A program made the position numbers and the translations under genes. The notes beneath the pieces were generated by a model that saw nothing but the letters and a program-made list of their open reading frames with translations, ran no database searches and was not told where the DNA came from. This document shows positions 23,928 through 32,000 of a DNA stretch of 32,000 bases, piece by piece. Each line of letters begins with the position of its first letter. Within the stretch, counting starts at the first letter, position 1. Source of the DNA: Dehalococcoidia bacterium (GTDB lineage: Bacteria; Chloroflexota; Dehalococcoidia; Lucifugimonadales; JAAXIE01); NCBI GenBank assembly GCA_965204245.1, contig CBDBED010000006.1, forward strand, positions 112,029 through 144,028, written 5' to 3'.

Positions 23928-25274
23928 ATGGCCATCCACCCCGGCGCCGCTGCTACCGGGAACCTCGTCGACCTCTCCCAGGGCACCATCAGCCGCGAGG
24001 TCTTCGTCAACAACTCCATCTACCAACAGGAACAGGAGCAGGTTTTCGCCCGTAGCTGGCTCTTCGTCGGCCATGAGAGCCAGATACCCTCGCCCGGCGA
24101 CTATTTCGTCTCATCCATGGGCGAGGAGTCGGTGATAATGTGCCGCGACCGCCAAAACCAGATACACGTGTTCCTCAACACCTGCATGCACCGCGGCATG
24201 AAGGTCTGCCGCTACGACGAGGGCAACACCGCCGTATTCACCTGCCCCTACCACGGCTGGAGCTACGCCACCGACGGCCAGCTTGTCGGTGTCCCCTACT
24301 TCAAGGAAGCCTACCGCGAGCAGCTCGACAAGTCCCAGTGGGGCCTCATCGAGGTCCCCCAACTCGCCAACTACAAGGGCACCATCTGGGCCAACTGGGA
24401 CGCCTCAGCCCCCAGCCTCACCGACTACCTCGGCGACATGAAGACATACCTCGACACCGCCTTGGACGCCCGCGACGGCAGCGAGGGCGGCTCCGAAGTC
24501 CTCATGGGCATCCAGAAATGGGTCATCCCCAGCAACTGGAAATTCGCCGCCGAGAACTTCTCCGGCGACGCCTACCACAACATCAGCCACCGCTCCGTCG
24601 ACATGGTCGGCATAGGCCCCAGCGGCCGCAACCGACGCGACACCGACGAGCGTGACAGCGCATTCCGCATCTGCACCGCAGTACCCGAAGGGGGCCATGG
24701 CGCCCTGTCCTACTGGCAGGCTGAAGACATCCCCTATTCGTCCGGCTACCAGAACCACCCAGTCGTCGACGAATACTTCCGTCACTGCTACGAGGAGCGC
24801 AAGCGCCGCATGGGCAAGGATGCCGGGCTGCTGGGATCCGTGGGCACCGTCTTTCCCAACGCCTCCTACCTGGCACGGCAGCCCCGCTCCATCGCGGTCT
24901 GGCATCCCCGCGGCACAATGAAGACCGAGGCCTGGCGCTGGTTCCTCGTGGACAAGGACGCCCCCAACGAGGTCAAGGAAATCCTCCGCCACTACTACAT
25001 GCGCTACTCCGGCCCCGCAGGCATGACCGAGCAGGACGACATGGAGAACTGGAACTACGCCTCGGCAGCCAGCAAGGGTGTCATCGCCCGGCGCTACCCC
25101 TACAACTACCAGATGGGCATGGGCTACGAGGGATCGGACGTCCCCCTCCCTGGCTTGATCACCCCCAACATCACCGAGCAGAACCAGCGAAACTTCTACA
25201 AGCGCTGGGCCGAATACATGGATGCCGACAACTGGGAGGACCTCCTGACTCCCAATGGCAGCCACACCAAGTAA
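23928..25274 (+). CDS. Rieske ring-hydroxylating dioxygenase alpha subunit (set 3, paralog of set 1)
   Basis: CMHRGMKVC...CPYHGW and NWKFAAENFSGDAYHNISH. Long collinear similarity to the 10262-11542 product. Confidence 0.9.
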   Translation: MAIHPGAAATGNLVDLSQGTISREVFVNNSIYQQEQEQVFARSWLFVGHESQIPSPGDYFVSSMGEESVIMCRDRQNQIHVFLNTCMHRGMKVCRYDEGNTAVFTCPYHGWSYATDGQLVGVPYFKEAYREQLDKSQWGLIEVPQLANYKGTIWANWDASAPSLTDYLGDMKTYLDTALDARDGSEGGSEVLMGIQKWVIPSNWKFAAENFSGDAYHNISHRSVDMVGIGPSGRNRRDTDERDSAFRICTAVPEGGHGALSYWQAEDIPYSSGYQNHPVVDEYFRHCYEERKRRMGKDAGLLGSVGTVFPNASYLARQPRSIAVWHPRGTMKTEAWRWFLVDKDAPNEVKEILRHYYMRYSGPAGMTEQDDMENWNYASAASKGVIARRYPYNYQMGMGYEGSDVPLPGLITPNITEQNQRNFYKRWAEYMDADNWEDLLTPNGSHTK

Positions 25275-25311
25275 CTGCGCGTCAACCGGCGACGCAGCAA
25301 GGAGCCTATTC

Positions 25312-26199
25312 ATGCGTGTAGGATTCATCGGAACAGGCACCATGGGCCACCCCATGTGTAGCTGCCTGCTGGACGCCGGCTACGACCTCACTGTCAACGA
25401 CCTCCGCCGCGAGGCCACCACCGACCTCTGCGAGCGTGGCGCTAACTGGGCCGACACCGCGCGGCAGGTGGCAGAAGCGTGCGAAGTTGTCTTCACTTCG
25501 CTACCGGGCCCCTACGAGATGGAAAAAGTCGCCCTCGACCCCGAAAACGGCATCCTCGCAGGCCTCGCCCCCGGCAGTGCCTATTTCGACATGACCACCA
25601 ACTCCCCCAACGTCGTCCAGCGCGTCGCCGAGGCCTTCGCCGCCAAGGGTGTCGACCTCATGGACGCCCCCGTAAGCCAACGCCCCCCCAACATGACCAT
25701 CATGGCAGCGGGCCGCCGCGAGACCTTCGACAAATACAAGCCCGTGCTGGATGCCATGGGCAAGAACGTCTTCTACGTCGGCGAGAGCACTAAGGGCTGC
25801 ACCGCCAAGCTGGTGACCCAGCACCTCGGCTACACCAACTTCATCGCTGCCGCCGAGGGTCTCCTCATGGCCGTCAAGTCGGGCGTGGACCTCAACGTCC
25901 TAGCCCAGATCGTCCCCGTCAGCGCTGGCGCATCCCGCGCTTTCGACCACTACCCACGCTCCGTGTACGACGGCGTGTTCCCCTCCATCGGCAGCCTCGA
26001 CATCGTGGCCAAAGACCTCTCTCTTGCCTGCGACCTAGCCCGCCAACTCGCCGTGCCCTCTCCCATCGGCGACATCGCCGACAACGTCTTCAAGCGTGCC
26101 CAAGCTCAAGGCCTGGGCGAGAAGGGCTTCCCAGCCGCCGTACAGATTCTCGAGCAGATGGCCGACGCCGAAATTCGCGCCCCCAAAGAAGGCGAGTAA
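25312..26199 (+). CDS. NAD(P)-dependent 3-hydroxyisobutyrate/6-phosphogluconate dehydrogenase-family oxidoreductase
   Basis: MRVGFIGTGTMGHPM Rossmann motif and the central segment GESTKGCTAKLVTQ, which sits where HIBADH-family enzymes carry their conserved lysine. SD AAGGAG lies before ATG 25312. Confidence 0.9.
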   Translation: MRVGFIGTGTMGHPMCSCLLDAGYDLTVNDLRREATTDLCERGANWADTARQVAEACEVVFTSLPGPYEMEKVALDPENGILAGLAPGSAYFDMTTNSPNVVQRVAEAFAAKGVDLMDAPVSQRPPNMTIMAAGRRETFDKYKPVLDAMGKNVFYVGESTKGCTAKLVTQHLGYTNFIAAAEGLLMAVKSGVDLNVLAQIVPVSAGASRAFDHYPRSVYDGVFPSIGSLDIVAKDLSLACDLARQLAVPSPIGDIADNVFKRAQAQGLGEKGFPAAVQILEQMADAEIRAPKEGE

Positions 26200-26732
26200 T
26201 GTCCGAGCAACTGTCCCCTGCGATACAGCGCCTGCTTCTTACAAAAGAAGTAGAGGAGTTCTTTTACAACGAGGCCGAACTCCTTGACCAGCGCCGCTAC
26301 GAGGAGTGGCTCGACCTCTTTACCGACGACACCCACTACTTCATGCCCATGCGCCGCAACGTCAAGTTCGATCAGACAGCCCGCGAAAACACCACCGGGG
26401 TCGGCGACATGTCATGGTTCGACGAGGGCAAGGAGACCCTGAGCCAGCGCGTCCGCCAGATCCTCACCGGCATTCACTGGGCCGAGGAGCCCCAGTCCCG
26501 CGTCTGCCACATCGTCTCCAACGTCCAAGTCCTGCGGGAAGAAGGCGACGAGGTAACCACCAAGAGCCGCTTCGTCGTCTACCGCAACCGCGTCGAGACC
26601 GAGACCGACTTCTTCGTCGGCAAACGCCAGGACGTGCTGCGCAAAGTCGACGGCCAGTGGAAAATAGCCAGCCGCGAAATCACCCTCGACCAGAACGTCC
26701 TCCTAGCCAAGAACCTCACTGTCTTCTTCTAG
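26199..26732 (+). CDS. aromatic ring-hydroxylating dioxygenase beta subunit (set 3, paralog of set 1)
   Basis: EEFFYNEAELLDQRRYEEWLDLFTDDTHYFMP... and LDQNVLLAKNLTVFF. ATG overlaps the upstream TAA (TAATG). Confidence 0.9.
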   Translation: MSEQLSPAIQRLLLTKEVEEFFYNEAELLDQRRYEEWLDLFTDDTHYFMPMRRNVKFDQTARENTTGVGDMSWFDEGKETLSQRVRQILTGIHWAEEPQSRVCHIVSNVQVLREEGDEVTTKSRFVVYRNRVETETDFFVGKRQDVLRKVDGQWKIASREITLDQNVLLAKNLTVFF

Positions 26733-26771
26733 GACGCTCTAGCTCTGCTGTCTCTTAGCACCACACGTCCA

Positions 26772-27029
26772 CTACGGCAGCGCCTCAAACACCTCAACAA
26801 TATCCTCAGCGAACGCCAACCCCTCCGTACCGTTCTGTGAAGAATCCGACGCAGATTCCAGAAACAGCACCATCACCCACATCCCGTCCCGCGGGTTGGA
26901 CACCACCTCAGCCGTCGTGCCGTCGGCAAGCCGTAACCGCTCGCCGGTCTCTAGGTTGACCACGTTGAAGTCCGTCTTGGGGGCCCCGAACTGTGGGGAG
27001 TCGGTCATCTCTGCCATGGCTATCGGCAC
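26772..27029 (-). CDS. small hypothetical protein (about 81-85 aa) downstream of the VOC gene
   Basis: Same strand, 52 nt after the VOC stop. The start is uncertain (GTG 27029 or ATG 27017). Acidic, with no recognised family. Confidence 0.5.
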   Translation of the reverse strand: MPIAMAEMTDSPQFGAPKTDFNVVNLETGERLRLADGTTAEVVSNPRDGMWVMVLFLESASDSSQNGTEGLAFAEDIVEVFEALP

Positions 27030-27081
27030 CGCCTGCTTTTAGTCAAAGCTATCGGAGCTATAGGGCAAGAACGGCTGTCCC

Positions 27082-27462
27082 CTAGGCCGGGGCCTTCCTG
27101 TCCGAGTCCACCATCTGCAACCTCCACCCATCCGGGTCCCGCAAATTGACGTTCGTTCGCCCCGTCTCCGCCACATAATGCGGTGCCCGCTCCGGGGTCA
27201 GGCCCTTCTGCAACATCTCCTCGTGAATGCCCTGCGCGCTTTCCACCTTGAAGGCAATGTGGTTGACCCCGATGTTCTCCTCGCCGCTCACCGTGTGGAT
27301 TTCGAACACCGGCTGGTTCTCTCCGGGAAGCTTCAATTCAGCCGAGCCCCCGTGATGGCTCGTCCGCATCAGCACCTCAAACCCCAGCTTCTCGTAAAAA
27401 TCGACGAACTCGTCCACATCCCGCACTATCAACTCAATATGGTCAATGCCCAGTACTGCCAT
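27082..27462 (-). CDS. VOC-family protein (glyoxalase / extradiol dioxygenase fold)
   Basis: LGIDHIELIVRDVDEFVDFYEKLGF and GVNHIAFKV...DPDGWRLQ form the paired beta-alpha-beta-beta-beta metal-binding pattern. ATG 27462 follows GGGAGGG. Confidence 0.85.
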   Translation of the reverse strand: MAVLGIDHIELIVRDVDEFVDFYEKLGFEVLMRTSHHGGSAELKLPGENQPVFEIHTVSGEENIGVNHIAFKVESAQGIHEEMLQKGLTPERAPHYVAETGRTNVNLRDPDGWRLQMVDSDRKAPA

Positions 27463-27596
27463 GTTCCCTCCCATTAGCCCTCAAAGCTCGGATACTTCAG
27501 CCAAGCCGAAATCCAAGAGGCCATTAGCTTGGAACATAGCTGGTAGGGCATGGGGTGTCAATGCAGACCTGACAGTCCTCCTCGATGAGGCCAAGG

Positions 27597-27605
27597 TGCT
27601 AAAAT
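27597..27605 (+). promoter_or_regulatory. possible extended -10 promoter element for the E1 operon
   Basis: TGcTAAAAT lies about 40 nt upstream of ATG 27648. No clear -35 element. Confidence 0.3.
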
Positions 27606-27647
27606 GCCCCCAACTTCATCCCAACCCATCACACCTTGGAGGCCGCC

Positions 27648-28616
27648 ATGGAGCTGGACCAGCGACGCCTCATCTCCATGTACCAGCGCATGTACACCAT
27701 CCGCGTCTTCGACCAGACCGCCGTCGACGAGTTCCACGCTGGCACCATACCCGGCGCGGTCCACTCTTATGTCGGCCAGGAAGCCGTAGCCGTCGGCGTC
27801 TGCTTCGCCCTGCGCGAGGACGACATGATTGTCAGCACCCATCGCGGCCACGGCCACACCATCGCCAAGGGGGCCGACATCCGCCGCATGATGGCCGAGC
27901 TTCTCGGCAAGAGCAATGGCTACTGCAAGGGCAAGGGCGGTTCCATGCACATCGCCGACTTCTCCATCGGCATGCTCGGGGCCAACGGCATCGTCGGCGC
28001 GGGCCTCCCCATCGCCACTGGCGCAGCCCTAGCCGCCCAACTCGAGGGCAGCGACCGCGTCTCCGTCGCCTTCTTCGGCGACGGGGCCAGCAACGAGGGA
28101 GCCTTCCATGAAGCCCTGAACCTAGCAGCCGTCTGGAACCTGCCCATCATCTTCGTTTGCGAGAACAACCTCTGGGCTTCCAGCGTCTCCTCCACCGAGA
28201 CCGTCTCCGTGGAGGACATCTCCGCCCGCGCTGTCAGCTACAACATCCCCGGCGTCACCGTCGACGGCAACGACGTGATGGCAGTCCACGAAGCCGCCTC
28301 CGCCGCCATCGACCACGCCCGCCGCGGCCTCGGCCCCACCCTCCTCGAATGCAAGACCTACCGCTGGCACGTCCACAACGCCCAGCGCGGCCCCATCGCC
28401 GACCCTCGCCCCGAGGAAGAAATCGAAGAGTGGAAGCGCCGCGACCCCATCGCCCGCTTCGGCGCATACCTCATCGACACCCGCTCCACCGACTCCGAGG
28501 TCCTCGAACACCTCCACCTCCAAGTCCACGAGCGCGTGGCCCACGCCCTCTCCTGGGCCAAAGTAGCCCCATCCCCCGCCCCCGAAGACGCCCTCCAAGA
28601 CGTATTCGCCAACTAG
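27648..28616 (+). CDS. thiamine-diphosphate-dependent 2-oxoacid/acetoin dehydrogenase E1 alpha subunit
   Basis: YVGQEAV..., HRGHGH and the TPP motif FFGDGASNEGAFHEALNLAAVWNLPIIFVCENN. SD GGAGG lies 5 nt before ATG 27648. Confidence 0.9.
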   Translation: MELDQRRLISMYQRMYTIRVFDQTAVDEFHAGTIPGAVHSYVGQEAVAVGVCFALREDDMIVSTHRGHGHTIAKGADIRRMMAELLGKSNGYCKGKGGSMHIADFSIGMLGANGIVGAGLPIATGAALAAQLEGSDRVSVAFFGDGASNEGAFHEALNLAAVWNLPIIFVCENNLWASSVSSTETVSVEDISARAVSYNIPGVTVDGNDVMAVHEAASAAIDHARRGLGPTLLECKTYRWHVHNAQRGPIADPRPEEEIEEWKRRDPIARFGAYLIDTRSTDSEVLEHLHLQVHERVAHALSWAKVAPSPAPEDALQDVFAN

Positions 28617-28634
28617 CGTGAGGGTGAGAACATC

Positions 28635-29606
28635 ATGCCCGAACTGACCTACACCCAAGCCACCATAGAAGCCTTCCGCGAGGAAATGCGCCGCGACCCC
28701 AAGGTATTCCACCTCTGTGGCGGCCTCGGCCCCCTTGCCTCCCTCATCCCCGAATTCGGCGAGCAGCGCGTCCGCGTCTGCCCCATCTCCGAGTCCGCCT
28801 ACGTGGGCGCCGCCGTCGGCGCCGCTGGCGCGGGTTTCCGCCCTATCGTCAGCCCCGGCATGATGACCTTCGCCTTCACCGCCATGGACCAGATAGTCAA
28901 CCAGATGGCCAAGATTCACTACATGTTCGGCGGCCAGACGCCCTTCCCCATCGTCTTCCGCGCCTCCATCGGCGCAGGCCGCGCCGCCGCTGCCCAGCAC
29001 TCCCAGAGCCCCCACCCCCTCTTCATCAACATCGCTGGCCTCAAGGTCCTCATGCCCTCCACCCCCTACGACGCCAAGGGCCTCATGAAAAGCGCCATAC
29101 GCGACAACAACCCCGTCGTAGTCCTCGAAGACCAGATGTTTGGCATCGACAGCCTCAGCCAGGAAGTCCCCGATGACGAATACCTCATCCCCATCGGCAC
29201 CGCCGAGGTCAAGCGCGAGGGCACCGACGTCACCATCATCGCCCTCTCCAAGATGGTCCACCGCGCCCTCGAAGCCGCCGACCAACTGTCCACTGAAGGC
29301 ATCTCCGCCGAGGTAGTCGACCCACGCACCCTAGTCCCCATGGACAAGGACACCCTCCGCGCCTCCGTCCAGAAAACCGGCCACCTAGTAGTCGTCGACG
29401 AAGCCTGCCTCACCGGCAGCGCAGCCGCAGAAATCTCCGCCATGGTCGTCGAAGACCCCGCCACCTTCCGCGCCCTCAAGTCCCCACCCATCCGAGTCTG
29501 CGCCCCCGACGTCCCCATGCCCTACGCCCCCATCATGGAGCAATACTGCATCCCCAACACCACCCGCATCATCGAAGCCGTGCGCGAAGCCCTATCCGGG
29601 TGTTAA
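28635..29606 (+). CDS. 2-oxoacid/acetoin dehydrogenase E1 beta subunit
   Basis: PISESAYVGAAVGAAGAGFRPIV, MDQIVNQMAK, HSQS, LKVLMPSTPYDAKGLMKSAIRDNNPVVVLE and VVDPRTLVPMD. Confidence 0.9.
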   Translation: MPELTYTQATIEAFREEMRRDPKVFHLCGGLGPLASLIPEFGEQRVRVCPISESAYVGAAVGAAGAGFRPIVSPGMMTFAFTAMDQIVNQMAKIHYMFGGQTPFPIVFRASIGAGRAAAAQHSQSPHPLFINIAGLKVLMPSTPYDAKGLMKSAIRDNNPVVVLEDQMFGIDSLSQEVPDDEYLIPIGTAEVKREGTDVTIIALSKMVHRALEAADQLSTEGISAEVVDPRTLVPMDKDTLRASVQKTGHLVVVDEACLTGSAAAEISAMVVEDPATFRALKSPPIRVCAPDVPMPYAPIMEQYCIPNTTRIIEAVREALSGC

Positions 29607-29656
29607 CCTTCCTTAGTGGGGGAAAGCCGAACGAATCAGCCGAGAAGGATGTCTAC

Positions 29657-31174
29657 TCACCCTATCCCATAGTAGTCCAAGAACCAGAAAATCAACGGTG
29701 TCGCTACATCTCCATCTCTAAAGGCGTTGATGCGGTTTATCACCCCACGTCGTGCGGCCCCGCATAAAGCTGGATGGCAAGTGTCATTTGCATACGCAAC
29801 GGCCAATAATGTCATGAGCCCATCATCACGATATAAGTTGGATCGAGCAAGCGTACATGGGTCGTCGGCTTTCCGGTCACTGTAGTCGGCCAATGTTTCT
29901 TCACTATCCGGCAGGAGGCCTCTGCGCTGGAGCATACGCACGCCCTCTGCTATTTCTCCACGTTCAACTACATAGCCTCTCAGCCCAAGATAGTCGCGAA
30001 ACGAGGGATAACCCAACGGGTTTGCGACGGCCTGGACCACGTAGGCACTTCCAACTTTCATAAACTGCCTTTCTAAAAGCCCACGTGCTTCATTCGCGAC
30101 CGATTGATAGTATGGATCGGCAGCCAAGAATCTCGTATAGATGACTTCCATTTCTTCCACGGACTCCAAGGTGACCACACTACAAGGATGCGGAGTCGGT
30201 GTCGGTTTCGGAGCAGGCGCGACATTAGGCGTCCCAGGTAGTGGAGTCCCCACGAACGGGGAGGTAGCCACCGCTGGACTCGGTGTCTGTCTAAGCTCCC
30301 TCTCCAGCCGCTCGATACGCGCTTCCAAAGCACTGTCGTCAGACGTTGGAAGCGCCGCCGGAACTGCTGTCGGCGTTGGAGTTAAGAGTGAGACCGCAGT
30401 CGGCAAGGCGGGAACCACTGCCGCACTCCCCGACAACGACGGCAGTTGCGCCAACACAACATCGCTGGAAACAGCAAACCCCAATCCTTCCGCATCGGTT
30501 ATCTTGAAGGTGTTGATGCCTAGGACCTCTCCATTCAGAGAAACCATAGCCCCGCCACTGTTTCCTGGGTTGATGGCCGCATCCGTCTGAATCACCTCTG
30601 CCTGATACCGGGAGTCATAGCGCACCGCCGAAACAATCCCTTTGGTCGCCGTGGCTGTGCCGGGTATGCCTAGAGGGTATCCAATTAACACAACCTCAGT
30701 GGTGGGCTTGAGGTCAGCCACATCCGCAAAGGTGGCCTTCTGGAAATTGCCGCAGCATATCATCACCACCGCCAAGTCCCGCACAGCATCCGACCCGAGC
30801 ATTTGTCCTTCGTAGGTATCCCTGTCACCCACCGTTACCTGAATCCGTGTCGCCCCATCTATCACATGATGATTGGTGACCACATACCCCGTAGACCCCT
30901 GTGTCTGCGCAATGACGCCCGACCCCGACATCACGTCGGTATTGATTCTCACCACCGTTGGCCACACTTGATCCACTATGGCATCAGAGGAGAACAATCC
31001 CATGCGTGAGTCAGGAGCGCCCGGCATCGATACGGGCATGGACACGTCATCACCAAAGCCCGTAGCCCCAAAGCCGTCCGAAGAGGTGCCATCTGCGCTG
31101 TCCTGCCCACACCCCAATAGCAAGAGCGCAAACAAACAGACCACCATCACCGCTGCTAGTCGATGCAGCCTCAC
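29657..31174 (-). CDS. trypsin-like (S1C/HtrA-type) serine protease lipoprotein with non-PDZ C-terminal domain
   Basis: Triad contexts are TNHHVIDG, VRDLAVV and GNSGGAM. The N-terminal signal has LLLLGCG. GTG 31174 with SD AGAGG is preferred; the alternative is ATG 31225. Confidence 0.8.
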   Translation of the reverse strand: MRLHRLAAVMVVCLFALLLLGCGQDSADGTSSDGFGATGFGDDVSMPVSMPGAPDSRMGLFSSDAIVDQVWPTVVRINTDVMSGSGVIAQTQGSTGYVVTNHHVIDGATRIQVTVGDRDTYEGQMLGSDAVRDLAVVMICCGNFQKATFADVADLKPTTEVVLIGYPLGIPGTATATKGIVSAVRYDSRYQAEVIQTDAAINPGNSGGAMVSLNGEVLGINTFKITDAEGLGFAVSSDVVLAQLPSLSGSAAVVPALPTAVSLLTPTPTAVPAALPTSDDSALEARIERLERELRQTPSPAVATSPFVGTPLPGTPNVAPAPKPTPTPHPCSVVTLESVEEMEVIYTRFLAADPYYQSVANEARGLLERQFMKVGSAYVVQAVANPLGYPSFRDYLGLRGYVVERGEIAEGVRMLQRRGLLPDSEETLADYSDRKADDPCTLARSNLYRDDGLMTLLAVAYANDTCHPALCGAARRGVINRINAFRDGDVATPLIFWFLDYYGIG

Positions 31175-31205
31175 GCTAACCTCTGAATCGGGGTTGGGGG
31201 TCAGT

Positions 31206-31496
31206 TCATTCGTCCCGCGGCCCAACCGGCAACCTCCTCACCACCTCCCCTACCTCACGCTCCGCCACCACCAAATCAAACTGCGTCTGCAGGTTCATCC
31301 AAAACTGCGGCTCCACCCCAAACCAGTGCCCAAACCGCAACGCCGTCTCCGCTGTCACCGACCGTTTCCCAGCAATAATCCGGTTAACCCGATTAGCTGG
31401 AGTCCCAATCTGACGCGCGAACTCGGCCCGGCTAACCCCCAACTCCTCCAACTCCCCTGCCAACACCACTCCCGGGTGCACCACTCGCTTTAACAT
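31206..31496 (-). CDS. higA: HigA-family HTH (XRE) antitoxin-like protein, no adjacent HigB
   Basis: HPGVVLAGELEELGVSRAEFARQIGTPANRVNRIIAGKRSVTAETALRFGHWFGVEPQFWMNLQTQFDL is the canonical HigA/VapI pattern. SD GAAGGAA lies before ATG 31496. Confidence 0.8.
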   Translation of the reverse strand: MLKRVVHPGVVLAGELEELGVSRAEFARQIGTPANRVNRIIAGKRSVTAETALRFGHWFGVEPQFWMNLQTQFDLVVAEREVGEVVRRLPVGPRDE

Positions 31497-31554
31497 TCCC
31501 TGTTCCTTCAACCAAGCATGTCCTACCCCCATTGTGCAACTACTCACCCCTCCA

Positions 31555-31583
31555 TGCAAAACCCCACCCCCACCCGCTATAAT
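31555..31583 (+). promoter_or_regulatory. candidate promoter for the acyl-CoA dehydrogenase gene
   Basis: Perfect TATAAT at 31578-31583 and a weak -35 TGCAAA 17 nt upstream. It lies 30 nt before GTG 31613. Confidence 0.3.
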
Positions 31584-31612
31584 CCCCCCAAACACACCCC
31601 CAAGGAGCCCAA

Positions 31613-32000
31613 GTGGACTATTCACTAGCCGAACTCCCCGACGAACACCTCCAACTCAAGAACATGGTCCGCGACGTCGTCGAGCGCGAATGCATGCCCC
31701 TCGAAGTCGAATACCTCAAGGAAGACCTCTACGACGAACTCAAGCCCGAACACGAACCCCACCTCCGCAAGGTCTCCCAAGACACCGGCATCTGGGACGC
31801 CCATGTGCCCAAGGAGCACGGCGGCGGTGGCATGGGCATCCTCGGCCTCTGCGTCATCGACGAGGAGATTTACCGCAGCGCCGTCCTCCTCCCCAAGAGT
31901 CCCGTCAACGTCATCCTCTACGAGTGCAACGACCAGCAGGCCCCCACCTACCTCGAACCCGTCATCCGCGGCGAAAAGCGCACAGCCTTCGCCCAGACCG
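31613..32000 (+). CDS. acyl-CoA dehydrogenase, N-terminal part (runs off the window)
   Basis: Hand translation from GTG 31613 (SD AAGGAG 5 nt upstream): VDYSLAELPDEHLQLKNMVRDVVERECMPLE...GGGGMGILGLCVIDEEIYRS...YLEPVIRGEKRTAFAQT. This is the typical ACAD N-terminal helical domain. Confidence 0.8.
   Translation, partial: MDYSLAELPDEHLQLKNMVRDVVERECMPLEVEYLKEDLYDELKPEHEPHLRKVSQDTGIWDAHVPKEHGGGGMGILGLCVIDEEIYRSAVLLPKSPVNVILYECNDQQAPTYLEPVIRGEKRTAFAQT

Noticed and set aside
24405-25355. 316-aa minus-strand ORF
   Set aside because: It is antisense to the Rieske alpha subunit (set 3), and its composition is that of a shadow ORF.
28122-29285. 387-aa minus-strand ORF
   Set aside because: It is antisense to the E1 alpha and beta genes. 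Its extreme Gly/Ala/Asp/Val composition marks it as a shadow ORF.
31625-31819. 64-aa minus-strand ORF, and the long N-terminal extension of the HigA ORF to 31625
   Set aside because: The first is antisense to the acyl-CoA dehydrogenase start region. The HigA extension is Gly-rich with no SD, whereas ATG 31496 has a good SD and matches the family N-terminus.

Overview
High-GC, densely coding bacterial chromosomal segment that looks metagenome-derived. I saw no rRNA, tRNA, CRISPR array, transposase or integrase. The backbone is a run of paralogous oxidative catabolic enzymes: three Rieske ring-hydroxylating dioxygenase (RHD) alpha/beta pairs, a BphB-like cis-diol dehydrogenase, two luciferase-like (LLM) flavin monooxygenases, two Amidohydro_2 enzymes, an SDR, a HIBADH-type dehydrogenase, a VOC/glyoxalase protein, a TPP-dependent E1 alpha/beta pair and a partial acyl-CoA dehydrogenase. 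No ferredoxin, reductase, regulator or transporter for these lies in the window. This content, together with Uma2 and VapBC genes, is reminiscent of Chloroflexota such as SAR202, but that is inference only. Visibly more A/T-rich islets interrupt the backbone. They carry a zeta-toxin-like kinase with an overlapping downstream partner, a frameshifted VapBC locus, and a VapBC locus with two antitoxin genes plus a toxin-gene scar. They also hold an orphan HigA, a Uma2 endonuclease, two tandem paralogous polytopic membrane proteins and a 302-aa orphan protein. The strongest finding is at 948-2135 (-). Two ORF-track entries form one GrdB/PrdB-family reductase gene read through an in-frame TGA, with a SECIS-like hairpin just downstream, so it is a probable selenoprotein. 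It is followed by a thiolase-fold gene, and no GrdA- or GrdE-type partner is visible. Several sigma70-like promoters and two intrinsic terminators can be read by eye. All family calls rest on motif recognition, not database searches.
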